In this document: piece after piece, positions 1-9,142 of the stretch
How positions within the stretch are numbered: position 1 is the stretch's first letter
How the letters are laid out: each line of letters opens with the position of its first letter
Origin: an uncultured delta proteobacterium
GTDB lineage: Bacteria > Myxococcota_A > Polyangia > Polyangiales > Houyiibacteriaceae
NCBI GenBank assembly: GCA_963699755.1
Contig: CAVOVB010000005.1
Location: 231,831-295,830 of the forward strand
Direction: 5' to 3'
DNA length: 64,000 bases
Made by a program: the position numbers and the translations under genes
Notes under the pieces: model-generated
What the model was told of the DNA's origin: nothing
Database searches by the model: none
What the model saw: only the letters and a program-made list of their open reading frames with translations

Positions 1-696
1 GAGCTCGGGATCGGCGGAAGATAGCAATGCCATTCGGATGCTTTGGACAGGGTTGAGGGTCGCCAAGACGAACACCGCCCTCGGTTCGACCCTCCATTGG
101 AGCATCATCCCGGCCAGCGCGAAATCCATGAGAGCGATGCCGGCCACCCAGATCAGGAGCAAGTACATCGTGGCGCGAGCGGAGTTCTGCACGGTCGTCG
201 ACACCCAGAGGCCGATTCCACAGAACGACCAGACCAAAACCGAACAGAGCACCAGACAGTGGCCAATGAAGCTCCAAGCGATTTGCTGGCCAAAGGCGAA
301 GCGGCCGAATAGGCCTACGGCGCCCATGAGCAGTGCGAGTGGCAGCAAGAGCACCAGGAAACGGACTGTCGATATCGCGGTGAAGAAGGCGCCGCGTGAA
401 ATAGGCTGGCTGAAAAGAAGCTCCAGGGTGCCGTCGTCCCGCGCCTTGTTGACCACCAGGCCAGTCGCGATGAGCGCCATCAAGGGCAGAAGCACCAGCA
501 GGGCATGGACATACGAAACGAGCACCCTACCCGTCCCCGTGAATCCGAAGACGGTCGACTCGCGCATGCCCACCAGCAGAAACACGCCGGCGAGCACGGC
601 ATAGACGACGACGCAAAACAGGAGCCACCGCGACCGGAGCACTTCCGCCAGATCGAGCTGGGCAACCGCCAAGTAGGATCGGAGCTGACGATTCAT
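1..696 (-). CDS. nosY: NosY-type ABC transporter permease (3' end runs off the window edge)
   Basis: Not in the ORF track; translated by hand from ATG at 696, which overlaps the nosL stop (ATGA). Reads MNRQLRSYLAVAQLDLAEVLRSRW...ARDDGTLELLFSQPISR...LNPV; multi-TM with the ABC-2 permease motif; nos context. Confidence 0.85.
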   Translation of the reverse strand, partial: MNRQLRSYLAVAQLDLAEVLRSRWLLFCVVVYAVLAGVFLLVGMRESTVFGFTGTGRVLVSYVHALLVLLPLMALIATGLVVNKARDDGTLELLFSQPISRGAFFTAISTVRFLVLLLPLALLMGAVGLFGRFAFGQQIAWSFIGHCLVLCSVLVWSFCGIGLWVSTTVQNSARATMYLLLIWVAGIALMDFALAGMMLQWRVEPRAVFVLATLNPVQSIRMALLSSADPEL

Positions 697-1148
697 CGGC
701 CCCCGCGCTCCTGGTGTGGCCGTTCCCGGACCCGGGCTTTGGCCCAGTCGATGCCGTGCGCTTCGGGCGTGCCCCTGGGGACCGCGCCGATTCCGTAACC
801 CATGGGAGATTCTTCGACTGGGAGGAAGCCCACCTCGGACTCCGAGAGCCACGCATCTCCGAGGTGATCGCGGAAATAGAGCGCGTGAATCGCACCTCGA
901 TGCGATGCGAGGTAGTCGAAGAGGCAGCCCGGATCGTCGAAGTTCACAACGTCGCCCTCGGCGGTTTGCAGTTGCGCAGCGAAACGTGGATCGCCGACGT
1001 GCATCTTGCAGTGCCCGCAGACCTCGCGATCCCAAACGACTGGAACCGCGCCCTCAGGGAGCGATACCTGGTTGAAGCGCATGAAGCCCACCGCGACGAC
1101 CACGAGCGCAAGTACCAGCAAGACTCCTCTAATGATCGTGGTGGACAT
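693..1148 (-). CDS. nosL: NosL-family copper chaperone
   Basis: Start taken at MSTTIIRG after GGAGGAG; N-terminal TM segment; CGHCKM, FDDPGC and SPMGYG motifs. Confidence 0.85.
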   Translation of the reverse strand: MSTTIIRGVLLVLALVVVAVGFMRFNQVSLPEGAVPVVWDREVCGHCKMHVGDPRFAAQLQTAEGDVVNFDDPGCLFDYLASHRGAIHALYFRDHLGDAWLSESEVGFLPVEESPMGYGIGAVPRGTPEAHGIDWAKARVRERPHQERGGR

Positions 1149-2025
1149 CGTCTCCTCCGCCTCGCTCCTCGAGTTGCACGGCATCCGCGTCACGCACGAG
1201 CAGGTTGACGATCTGCCCTTCCAAGTCGTGAGAAAGTCGCGCGACCAAAACGAGCTTCTCCGACCGATTGGCGGTGCGGCTCCACCAGCCACCAACGCCG
1301 GGCTGGAAGCCCATGGCCGCCAGCAGGTCCTTGGCGACACCGTTCCTGAGTTGCACGTCGATCGTGCTGAGGGTCATTCGGTCGAGATAATCCTCGGTCG
1401 GGCCGAAGTATGCGAGATTCCCCTCGTCTAGCACCATCACTTGGTCGACGAGCGTGCGAATCTCCTCGAGTCGGTGGGAGCAAAGGAGCAAGGTGGCATC
1501 CTGCGTTCGCTCGGAGAGCAGATGGAACAGGTCCCTGCGGGACTCTGTGTCGAGGCTGGCGGTAGGCTCGTCGAGCACATAGAGCGTCGCACGACTAGCA
1601 AGAGCAAGCGAAATCAAGGTCTTCTGCTTTGCGCCCCCGGACAGATTGCAGAACGCCTGGCGCCCAGCGGCGCGGAGATCGATGCCCAAGTCCGCGCCGG
1701 CATTCACCACCGCCTCCGGCGAGATCTCACGAACGCGGGTGATCGCCCTGATCACTTCCGCGACGGAGGCGCTGAACTTCGGCGCGATCTGCGGGACATA
1801 TGCGATCCGGTCGGCGATCTCCGTGTGCCGTTTCTTCTCGCCGTCGAGCAAGAGCTGACCTTCGCAGCGGAGCAGGCCGAGAATGATCCGGATCAGCGTC
1901 GACTTTCCCGAAGCATTGGGGCCGATCAACCCGACCCTCCCGCCGCTCGGTATGGTGAAGTCGATTCCGCGAAGCGCTTGGACCCGACCGAACCTCTTTC
2001 GAACCGCCCTGCCCTCAACGCGCAT
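1129..2025 (-). CDS. nosF: NosF-type ABC transporter ATPase
   Basis: Walker A GPNASGKS, LSGGAKQK signature, Walker B LDEPT; directly follows nosD. Confidence 0.85.
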   Translation of the reverse strand: MRVEGRAVRKRFGRVQALRGIDFTIPSGGRVGLIGPNASGKSTLIRIILGLLRCEGQLLLDGEKKRHTEIADRIAYVPQIAPKFSASVAEVIRAITRVREISPEAVVNAGADLGIDLRAAGRQAFCNLSGGAKQKTLISLALASRATLYVLDEPTASLDTESRRDLFHLLSERTQDATLLLCSHRLEEIRTLVDQVMVLDEGNLAYFGPTEDYLDRMTLSTIDVQLRNGVAKDLLAAMGFQPGVGGWWSRTANRSEKLVLVARLSHDLEGQIVNLLVRDADAVQLEERGGGDDVHHDH

Positions 2026-3373
2026 CGAGGCCACTCCGGTCCAGCGCGCCCATCCTGGGCCGCGGATCGACCATCGTAGTCTCCGGCTCGACCATCGGAA
2101 ACAACGAGCTGATCGCATCGAGAAGTGGGAGCGTGATTCCCCCACGAAAGAACTGCAGCTGGGGATACGTGCTCTCCAACTGGCTGCTCAAGCGACGAAG
2201 CACGTATGGAATGTCCCCGAATCCGTCTCGATCCATGTCGTAGCCGACATAGTCGTCAAAAGCGTTTCCGTTCCACTCGACCGCTAGCGCATCTCCGCCC
2301 CCCTCGACTTGAAGTTGGGAATGATTGCTCACGAACTGGTTGCCGCGAAACGCGTTTCGCGTCTCACTCGAGTGCATGAGAATCGCAACCTCCGAGTGGA
2401 AGAACGCATTGTTCTCGAAGCTGTTGAAATCGTCTGGTTCGAGCGGCGCGGTGTCCATGTAGACGCCCTTGGTGTTCGCGATGAAGGAGTTGCCGGAGAC
2501 GGTCAAGTTGCCGGACTCTTTGATGCCGAGGCCCATACCTCCGGGACCGGTGGACCGAGCCAGCAGGTTGTCATGCAGCCCCAAGTTGCGGCTGTACATG
2601 ATGAAGATACCTACCACGTTGTCGAGATAGCGGTTCCCCTCGACCTGGTTCTCGTGGCTGTACATGAAGTGCGTGCCGTACCGACTTCGAATGACCGTGT
2701 TCCTGGAGATGCGATTGCCGCTCGAGTACCAGACGACCATGTCGCGGCATCCGATGACCTGGTTGTCCTGCACGACTGAATCCCGGGTTTCCCAGAGACG
2801 AATCCCGTCGCCCCGGAGGCCGAGCGGCCCTTGGTCCGGACCCTGCACGACATTGTTCAGAATCGAAGCGCGATTGGCTTTCTCGATGAGCAGGCCGAAC
2901 GCCGCTCCCTGAACGCGCACGCCCTCGACACGAACATCGTCGGCGACGACGTGGACTGCTGCGTCCAGGGTGTCGAAACGGCCGCCGCTCCCGTCGACGG
3001 TCAGGCCGCTGAGCGCGGAGCCGTCTGCCTCGATTTGGATCGTGGTTCCCCTGCCGGCCGAACGAATCAGCGCCTCCCTTGGGCCCCAAATCTCGACGCG
3101 CTTGTGGACCCTCAATGGCCCCGAGTACGACCCGGGCTCGAGACAAAGCGCGTTACCGCCCTCGGCGCCGTCGACGATCGCTTGCAGGTTCGACCCTGCG
3201 GCAACGGTCGTGCAATCAGCAGGCCTCGAGGGCAGAGCGGGCGATGCTTCTGCGGGGAGAGGCCGCGCGGCGTCCAATGCACACGCGGCGACGGTGATCA
3301 GCCCCAAGGCGCACCAACACGCACGGCCAGGAGCGTTTCGCCCACGGCCGACGCGCGCGGCGCCACCAATCAA
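2015..3373 (-). CDS. nosD: Nitrous oxide reductase maturation protein NosD (beta-helix)
   Basis: RGDGIRLW, RYGTHFMYS and YDMDRDGFGDIPY motifs; start overlaps the nosZ stop. Confidence 0.92.
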   Translation of the reverse strand: MIGGAARVGRGRNAPGRACWCALGLITVAACALDAARPLPAEASPALPSRPADCTTVAAGSNLQAIVDGAEGGNALCLEPGSYSGPLRVHKRVEIWGPREALIRSAGRGTTIQIEADGSALSGLTVDGSGGRFDTLDAAVHVVADDVRVEGVRVQGAAFGLLIEKANRASILNNVVQGPDQGPLGLRGDGIRLWETRDSVVQDNQVIGCRDMVVWYSSGNRISRNTVIRSRYGTHFMYSHENQVEGNRYLDNVVGIFIMYSRNLGLHDNLLARSTGPGGMGLGIKESGNLTVSGNSFIANTKGVYMDTAPLEPDDFNSFENNAFFHSEVAILMHSSETRNAFRGNQFVSNHSQLQVEGGGDALAVEWNGNAFDDYVGYDMDRDGFGDIPYVLRRLSSQLESTYPQLQFFRGGITLPLLDAISSLFPMVEPETTMVDPRPRMGALDRSGLDAR

Positions 3374-5340
3374 CTCGGTTCCACCAATAGGTAGCCCGCC
3401 ATCTCGAGGTGGAGGGCCGAGCAGAACTCGGTGCAGTAGAACGGGAATGTGCCCTCTTGGTCTGCCTCGAACGAGATGTCGACGTGCTTGCCGGGCTCGA
3501 GGCTGCTGTGGACGTTGTATGAGCCGATGGTGAAACCATGGGTCGCGTCGTGCGCTTGTTCCACGTTGGTGATGTGCAGGTTAACCGTGTCGCCCTTCTT
3601 GACGCGAATGATGTCGGGCGTGAAATGGCTTCGCACCGACGTCATGTAAACGTCGACGGTCTTGCCTTCGCGTACGATGCGCTCTTCCTTGGCCTTGACG
3701 GCGTTTGGGTTAGGCGCGTCGGTCACCACGTCGTAACCAGCTGGCTTGTACACGTCCACTGGCTTGAGCTTGTCAGCCTTGATCATCTGCGCGTAGTGCG
3801 GCTCGCCGAGCGGAAGCGGCATGTCGTAGATGAGCTGCATCGGCTCGGAGTTGATGTTGATGAGCTGAAAGTTCTGCGGAAGCAGAGGGCCGACCTTGGC
3901 GAAACGGTCGAGCGCCCACTTGTTCATCGCGATCAGGTACCCGCCATCCGGGCTGACCGTGTCACCCTCCGCAGACACGATGTGACCGACATTGTAGTGA
4001 ACCTTCACCTTCTCGAGAACCTTGAGGTCCTTGAGCGACCACTTGGCCACGGTGGATTCGATGAAGACCGAGGTGTAGGCGTTGCCCTTGTCATCGTACT
4101 GCGTGTGAAGAGGACCGAGGCCGATCTCGACCTGGCCTCGGATGCTGTCGGCGAAGGGAAGGATCGGAACGCCGAACGGGTCCTTGCCTTCGTACTTCTT
4201 CGCGTCGATCAGGCCCTTGAGCTTCTCGAAGCTGTAGACGGTGGCGTGCGTGTCGAGCTTGCCCGAAACGACCAGCTCTTTGCCGTCCGGCGTGACGTCC
4301 ACGCCGTGTGGGCTCTTCGGCTCGCCCACGAGGTGCAAAAGACCCTCGGCATTGCTAGTCTCCAGCGCGATCACGTCCATGCCGGCGATCTTCTTGGTCT
4401 TGCCTGCCTTGTAGACAGCCTCAGCCTTCTTGAGATCGATGATGTGGAGGTAGTCCATGTCGTTCTGAGAGGCGCCTGACTCCAACGGTGGATTGCCTTC
4501 CATGGTGCCGCCGTGGGCCATCTCGGTGTCGAAGGAGTTGATGAACACCCAGCCCTCGCTCACGAGCTTTCCGGAATCCGCGAGGTCCTGCATGTAGGGC
4601 GGGAGCTCCATGGCGAAGGAATTCGCCTTGTCGATCTTGCCCTTTTCGCGATCGAACTTCCAGAAGATCACCGCACCACGATACTTCTCTTGGAAGTCCT
4701 CGATCGGTGCATAGCCACCACCAAGCGGAGCCGGGTACTGGCTCGACTCGACGACGTACTCGGTGTTTGGCGTCACGAATGTCGCACCGTGGTCGCTCTG
4801 AATGAGCTCGGAGGTGACGATCTCTTTGGTGACGAAATCGTGCAGGTCGACGACCGCAATACGGGCATTGGCCTTGTCGTTCACGAAGATGAACCGTCCG
4901 TCGTACTCGCCATTGGTTTCGGAAAGCGCGGGATGGTGCATATCACCCCAGGTGATGTCCTTGCCGAAACGGCTGCCACCGTCGAGCACCTGACCAGACT
5001 GGTCGCCGTAGCCGTAACCCTGCCAGGGCTCCGGCGTGAACACGCCGACGTACTTCAGGATACGCATCGACGGAACGCCGATGACGATCATATTGCCGCC
5101 GTGACCACCCGACGCGAAGGTCAAGTACTGATCCTTTTGCCCCGTCGGCGTATAGGTCTGAAGCGCCGCGCTCACGTCGGCTTCACTCAGCCCGCGCGCT
5201 TTCATCAAGTCCGCCGTCGAGCTCGCCGGTGCCTGTGACAGCTGCGCTGCCTGCTGTGGGCCGCACCCAATGGCGCCCATTGCAAACAACAGAACCCCGA
5301 TACTTGATACGCCGAACGCACCAATCCTGTTGAACGTCAT
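3370..5340 (-). CDS. nosZ: Sec-dependent (clade II) nitrous oxide reductase, predicted lipoprotein
   Basis: SGGHGG, DMHHP, EPKSPHG, GLGPLHT and GEPHY CuZ-region motifs; C-terminal CuA motif CTEFCSALHLEM; lipobox AIGC; no twin-arginine motif. Confidence 0.97.
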   Translation of the reverse strand: MTFNRIGAFGVSSIGVLLFAMGAIGCGPQQAAQLSQAPASSTADLMKARGLSEADVSAALQTYTPTGQKDQYLTFASGGHGGNMIVIGVPSMRILKYVGVFTPEPWQGYGYGDQSGQVLDGGSRFGKDITWGDMHHPALSETNGEYDGRFIFVNDKANARIAVVDLHDFVTKEIVTSELIQSDHGATFVTPNTEYVVESSQYPAPLGGGYAPIEDFQEKYRGAVIFWKFDREKGKIDKANSFAMELPPYMQDLADSGKLVSEGWVFINSFDTEMAHGGTMEGNPPLESGASQNDMDYLHIIDLKKAEAVYKAGKTKKIAGMDVIALETSNAEGLLHLVGEPKSPHGVDVTPDGKELVVSGKLDTHATVYSFEKLKGLIDAKKYEGKDPFGVPILPFADSIRGQVEIGLGPLHTQYDDKGNAYTSVFIESTVAKWSLKDLKVLEKVKVHYNVGHIVSAEGDTVSPDGGYLIAMNKWALDRFAKVGPLLPQNFQLININSEPMQLIYDMPLPLGEPHYAQMIKADKLKPVDVYKPAGYDVVTDAPNPNAVKAKEERIVREGKTVDVYMTSVRSHFTPDIIRVKKGDTVNLHITNVEQAHDATHGFTIGSYNVHSSLEPGKHVDISFEADQEGTFPFYCTEFCSALHLEMAGYLLVEPS

Positions 5341-5501
5341 TTCATCTCCTCACTTCCCGCAGCGAACGGGAACTCCTCTAAGCAGCTCCCTTCAGCAGAA
5401 GGAGAGCCCAAGTCGACCTGACATTGGTCCCCGCGGCAAGCAGGGGCGCTTCGTGGCGAAGCACGATGCAATGACTACGCCAGTCGCCGAAAATAATCCA
5501 G

Positions 5502-5933
5502 CTACTTCGCGAGGTCGCGAATGTGCTGGACGAGCTCGGCAACCACTGCGGGCTTGGCGTCGAGGTCTGGATTTGCAGGCATCGTCGCCGCCTTACCCAC
5601 TGCGGTGCCACCGTAGACGATGATCTTCTGGATGTGCTCGTCGGTTACAGATGCCTGCCACTCGGCTGATGTAAAATTCCGTGGTTTCGGATCGAGCGCA
5701 GCCGAGCCGGCGCCGTCGCCTGCTCCGCCTTCGCCGTGACAAACCGCGCAACGGTTCTGGAAGATCTCGGCCGCCTCCGCGACTGGATCGGCTGCGGCCT
5801 CCGCAGCCGGCGCAGGCGTCGGAGCGGGTGCGGGCTCGGCAGCCTTGGGCTCAGCGGGAGCGGTTTCCTTCGAGGTGCACCCCGAAACTCCGACGACCAA
5901 TCCAATGAGCAACGCAATCCACTTTGCACGCAT
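5502..5933 (-). CDS. Monoheme cytochrome c lipoprotein upstream of nosZ
   Basis: Lipobox VSGC, Pro/Ala-rich linker, CAVCH heme motif, candidate axial Met in ATMPAN. Confidence 0.9.
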   Translation of the reverse strand: MRAKWIALLIGLVVGVSGCTSKETAPAEPKAAEPAPAPTPAPAAEAAADPVAEAAEIFQNRCAVCHGEGGAGDGAGSAALDPKPRNFTSAEWQASVTDEHIQKIIVYGGTAVGKAATMPANPDLDAKPAVVAELVQHIRDLAK

Positions 5934-6132
5934 AGACCCTCCTGGTTGAAGCGCAGTCTAGGCTCACCCGCTGGGTGGGCCAACCCCCGTTTCAGGAGAA
6001 AAATCCATCAATCTGACCGCCGGCGCAGGATTTGCGCGTCGACGAAAGAAGCCGCTTTTGGAATTCCTGTAGGGAAATTGTGTGTCTATACTCCGCACGC
6101 GCCTGGAGGCGTTTCATAACGGGGAGGTTGTG

Positions 6133-6696
6133 ATGAGAGGTTTCGTGAAAATCGCGGTCATCGGAGTGCTCATGGCTGGGCTCCTCGTCATCGGCTGCAA
6201 GAAGCAGGAGGTGGCGCCCGCTGCGCCCGCTCCCGTGGAGGAGGTGGTCGCGGCAGAGGTATCGAACGTCCCTCCACTGCATGAGAACAACATCGTGAGT
6301 ATCGCGATCGGCTCAGAGGACCACACGACCCTCGTCGCCGCGCTCAAGGCTGCGGACTATGTCACTTCGGTCGCGGCGTCCGGTCCACTCACGGTGTTCG
6401 CGCCGACGAACGCCGCGTTCGCGAAGCTGCCCGAAGGCACCGTGGAGAACCTAGTCAAAGCCGAGAACGTCGACACGCTTCGCGAAATCCTGAAGTACCA
6501 CGTCACGACGTCCGCCGTTCAACCCAGCTGGTTTAAGGAGGGTCAGACCCTTGGCATGGCCAACGGCAAGAAGACCACGATGCACGTGAACGGTGAGGAA
6601 CTTTCGCTCAATGACGCGAAGATTATCGCCCGGATTCCGGCCGAGAACGGAATGCTCTACGTCGTCGATACGGTGCTCCTTCCGCCCGAGAACTAG
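6133..6696 (+). CDS. Fasciclin (FAS1) domain lipoprotein
   Basis: Lipobox VIGC; TVFAPTNAAF, ILKYHV and NGMLYVVDTVLLP FAS1 motifs; RBS GGAGG. Confidence 0.9.
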   Translation: MRGFVKIAVIGVLMAGLLVIGCKKQEVAPAAPAPVEEVVAAEVSNVPPLHENNIVSIAIGSEDHTTLVAALKAADYVTSVAASGPLTVFAPTNAAFAKLPEGTVENLVKAENVDTLREILKYHVTTSAVQPSWFKEGQTLGMANGKKTTMHVNGEELSLNDAKIIARIPAENGMLYVVDTVLLPPEN

Positions 6697-6856
6697 GCGG
6701 CGATGAGGACCGGGGCGTGACGTTGTGCCAGAATGACGCCCAACCTTGCCGCTGGACATCCGATGGGAACCTGCGCATCCTCTGGGGTCTCACCCCCAAC
6801 CAGACCGCCCGCGTCGAGCTGACGATCAGTCCGGGCGGCTCCGCAGAGAGGTCGCG

Positions 6857-7729
6857 ATGAGCAAGCTGAATGGTAGACGTGTACTGATCACGGGTGGAGC
6901 CCAGGGCATCGGCCTGGAGATGGCGATCCAGTTCGCGCGGCATGGCTCGGAGATCGTCCTCGCGGACCTCGACGAGGAAAAGCTCAATTCGGCGACGGCG
7001 AAGATCGCCGAGCTCGGCGTTCGGGCATGGGGCTTCCCGGTCGACGTCACGAACCCCGCGAGCATCGCATTGCTCAAAGCGCAGGTCGGCGCTGAGGCGG
7101 GTCCGATCGACATTCTGGTCAACAACGCGGGCGTGGTGTTTGGCGGCCCCTTCACCAAAACGCCACTCGATGATCACTTCAAGACCTACGAGGTCAACAC
7201 CCTGGGCGTGGTCGCGATGACGCACGCATTCCTGGACGAGCTCATCTCGAGGCCTGAGGCGCACCTGGTCAATATCTCGAGCGCATCGGGCTTCATCGGG
7301 CTGCCGTACGGCTCAAGCTATGCGTCGAGCAAGTGGGCCGTGATCGGCTTTTCCGAATCGATTCGTGCCGAGCTGAACTTGGAGGGGCACAAGCACGTCC
7401 ACGTGACGATCGTCTGCCCGAGCTACATCGGCACCGGCATGTTCGAAGGCGCAGAAGCACCGAAAACCACGCATATCCTGGAGCCCGAATTCGTCGCCGA
7501 AAAGGTCGTCCACGCCGTGGAGCACAATGCGGTCTACGTGAAGGAGCCTTGGATTGTGAAGATCACCCCGCTCCTGCGTGACCTCCTACCGACGGCGCTA
7601 TACGACCAAATCTCCCATCTCTTCGGCGCAGACACATCGATGGCTCAATGGAAGGGGCGTCACGGCCAAGACAGGTCGGAGGCCAAGGAACAGCCGGCAA
7701 GCGGCGATCAGCCAGATGCGGAACGGTAA
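6857..7729 (+). CDS. Short-chain dehydrogenase/reductase (17-beta-HSD/retinol dehydrogenase-like)
   Basis: TGGAQGIG, NNAG and YASSK motifs. Confidence 0.9.
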   Translation: MSKLNGRRVLITGGAQGIGLEMAIQFARHGSEIVLADLDEEKLNSATAKIAELGVRAWGFPVDVTNPASIALLKAQVGAEAGPIDILVNNAGVVFGGPFTKTPLDDHFKTYEVNTLGVVAMTHAFLDELISRPEAHLVNISSASGFIGLPYGSSYASSKWAVIGFSESIRAELNLEGHKHVHVTIVCPSYIGTGMFEGAEAPKTTHILEPEFVAEKVVHAVEHNAVYVKEPWIVKITPLLRDLLPTALYDQISHLFGADTSMAQWKGRHGQDRSEAKEQPASGDQPDAER

Positions 7730-8322
7730 CGCGCGAGGAACATGAGCACGACCTCGCGCGTGAGGAGCTCGCGACGCGCGGGCTCCATTGGCCCCTGAAG
7801 GAGCTGCGGCCAGAACAACGCCCCGGCCGTCATCTGACCAAACATGTGGGCGGCGAGCTCGGGTTCCGGAACGCTGAGATATCCCGCTCGGTCGGCTTGG
7901 CGTAGCCACGTCGCAAGGGTGTTCTCGTCCTCGTTCGCGCGGGTGATGATTTCCTGCAAAAGCTCCGGTTGTCGGATGTAGACCCCGAGCACCACGCGCG
8001 TGAGGCAGCGTGCGCTCTGGTCCTCGGAGAGCAAGGTCTTGGAGCGTACGAAGTCGCGGAGCTGCTCTTCGAGCGGGCGGTCTGGGTCCCAAGCGACCTC
8101 CTTGAAGGACATCGACCCCGCGAGCAGCCTCTCGACGACAGCCTGAAAGAGCGCCTCTTTGCTGCCGAAGTGGTTGTAGACCGTCCGCTTGGAGGCCCCT
8201 GCCAGCTCGGCGATCCGGTCCATGCTCGTACATTCGTAGCCCTCGTCCCGGAACGCAGCCGTCGCGGCGTCCAGAATCCTCCCGTGCTTTGCGCTGGTAC
8301 GTGATTTTTCCTTGGTCTTCAT
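7708..8322 (-). CDS. TetR/AcrR family transcriptional regulator
   Basis: N-terminal HTH SMDRIAELAGASKRTVYNHFGSKEALF. Confidence 0.93.
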   Translation of the reverse strand: MKTKEKSRTSAKHGRILDAATAAFRDEGYECTSMDRIAELAGASKRTVYNHFGSKEALFQAVVERLLAGSMSFKEVAWDPDRPLEEQLRDFVRSKTLLSEDQSARCLTRVVLGVYIRQPELLQEIITRANEDENTLATWLRQADRAGYLSVPEPELAAHMFGQMTAGALFWPQLLQGPMEPARRELLTREVVLMFLARYRSASG

Positions 8323-8335
8323 GATCTTGTAAAAA

Positions 8336-8399
8336 CTACACCGTGCAGTGCATTTTCTTCTTGACCCCCTGAGAGGCGAAACTACACTGTGTAGTGTAG
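8336..8399. promoter_or_regulatory. Two palindromic putative TetR operators overlapping a sigma70-like promoter
   Basis: CTACACT-GTGT-AGTGTAG (8382-8399, perfect 7-4-7) and CTACACC-GTGC-AGTGCAT (8336-8353); TTGACC (8361)-N16-TACACT (8383). Confidence 0.75.
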
Positions 8400-8460
8400 G
8401 AGTTTTGGGCAGCCAGGCAAGGCCTGATTGCTCAACCAGGGAAGATTCAGGAGGTCCGTT

Positions 8461-9093
8461 ATGCGAGGCAGTTCAGAACCAACCCGGCGCGCGATGAGGC
8501 AGGTGCTTTGGATTGGGGGCCTGCTCGGCACCTCGCTGATCGGCGCCGCCCCGGGTCACGCTGCGGCCACAGATGGGCTCGAGGAGAATGCGGGGATCTT
8601 CACCGCGCAGATTCCGGAAGAAGGCTCGGACATCGCCGGTGGCCGGGCGGTCATCGTCGTGGACAAGCCGATCGAGGAGGTCGTGCCGATCCTTCTTGAC
8701 TACGGCAACTACGCGCAGTTCATGCCCAACTTCACCAAGTCGAAGGTGTTGGCGCAGCGCGGCAGCAGGGCGATGGTGTACATGGAGGTTAGCGTGGCCA
8801 AGGGCATGTACACGCTCTACGGGCAGCTCAATCTTTCGGAGCGTCCCCTAGATGGGGAGGCGCGAGTCATCGAGGGCCGACTCCTCGAGGGCAATATCGA
8901 CGCCTTCAACGCCAGCTTCAAGCTCACGCCGGTCGACGGCGGCGTTCGCACTGAGATCGAGTTCACAATCTACGTCGATCCGGACCTTCCACTGCCCTCG
9001 TCGGTCTTCAGTCGAGAGAACGAACGAGCCGCCGGCCGCGCGGTCCGCGCCCTGCGGGCACGGATTGGCGAAACGCCAGGTGGCTCGGCCTGA
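8461..9093 (+). CDS. Secreted START/SRPBCC (polyketide cyclase/CoQ-binding-like) protein
   Basis: Signal peptide ending GHA-A; DYGNYAQFMP pattern typical of SRPBCC; start position uncertain. Confidence 0.7.
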   Translation: MRGSSEPTRRAMRQVLWIGGLLGTSLIGAAPGHAAATDGLEENAGIFTAQIPEEGSDIAGGRAVIVVDKPIEEVVPILLDYGNYAQFMPNFTKSKVLAQRGSRAMVYMEVSVAKGMYTLYGQLNLSERPLDGEARVIEGRLLEGNIDAFNASFKLTPVDGGVRTEIEFTIYVDPDLPLPSSVFSRENERAAGRAVRALRARIGETPGGSA

Positions 9094-9142
9094 GCGCCCA
9101 ACCCACACTGGTCGCCCAACCGGGAACTTGGAGGAGTCCGCG

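Noticed and set aside
5341..6132. FNR/DNR box upstream of nosZ or the cytochrome c
   Set aside because: Only half-sites (e.g. ATCAA at 6007) were found, with no TTGAT-N4-ATCAA match.
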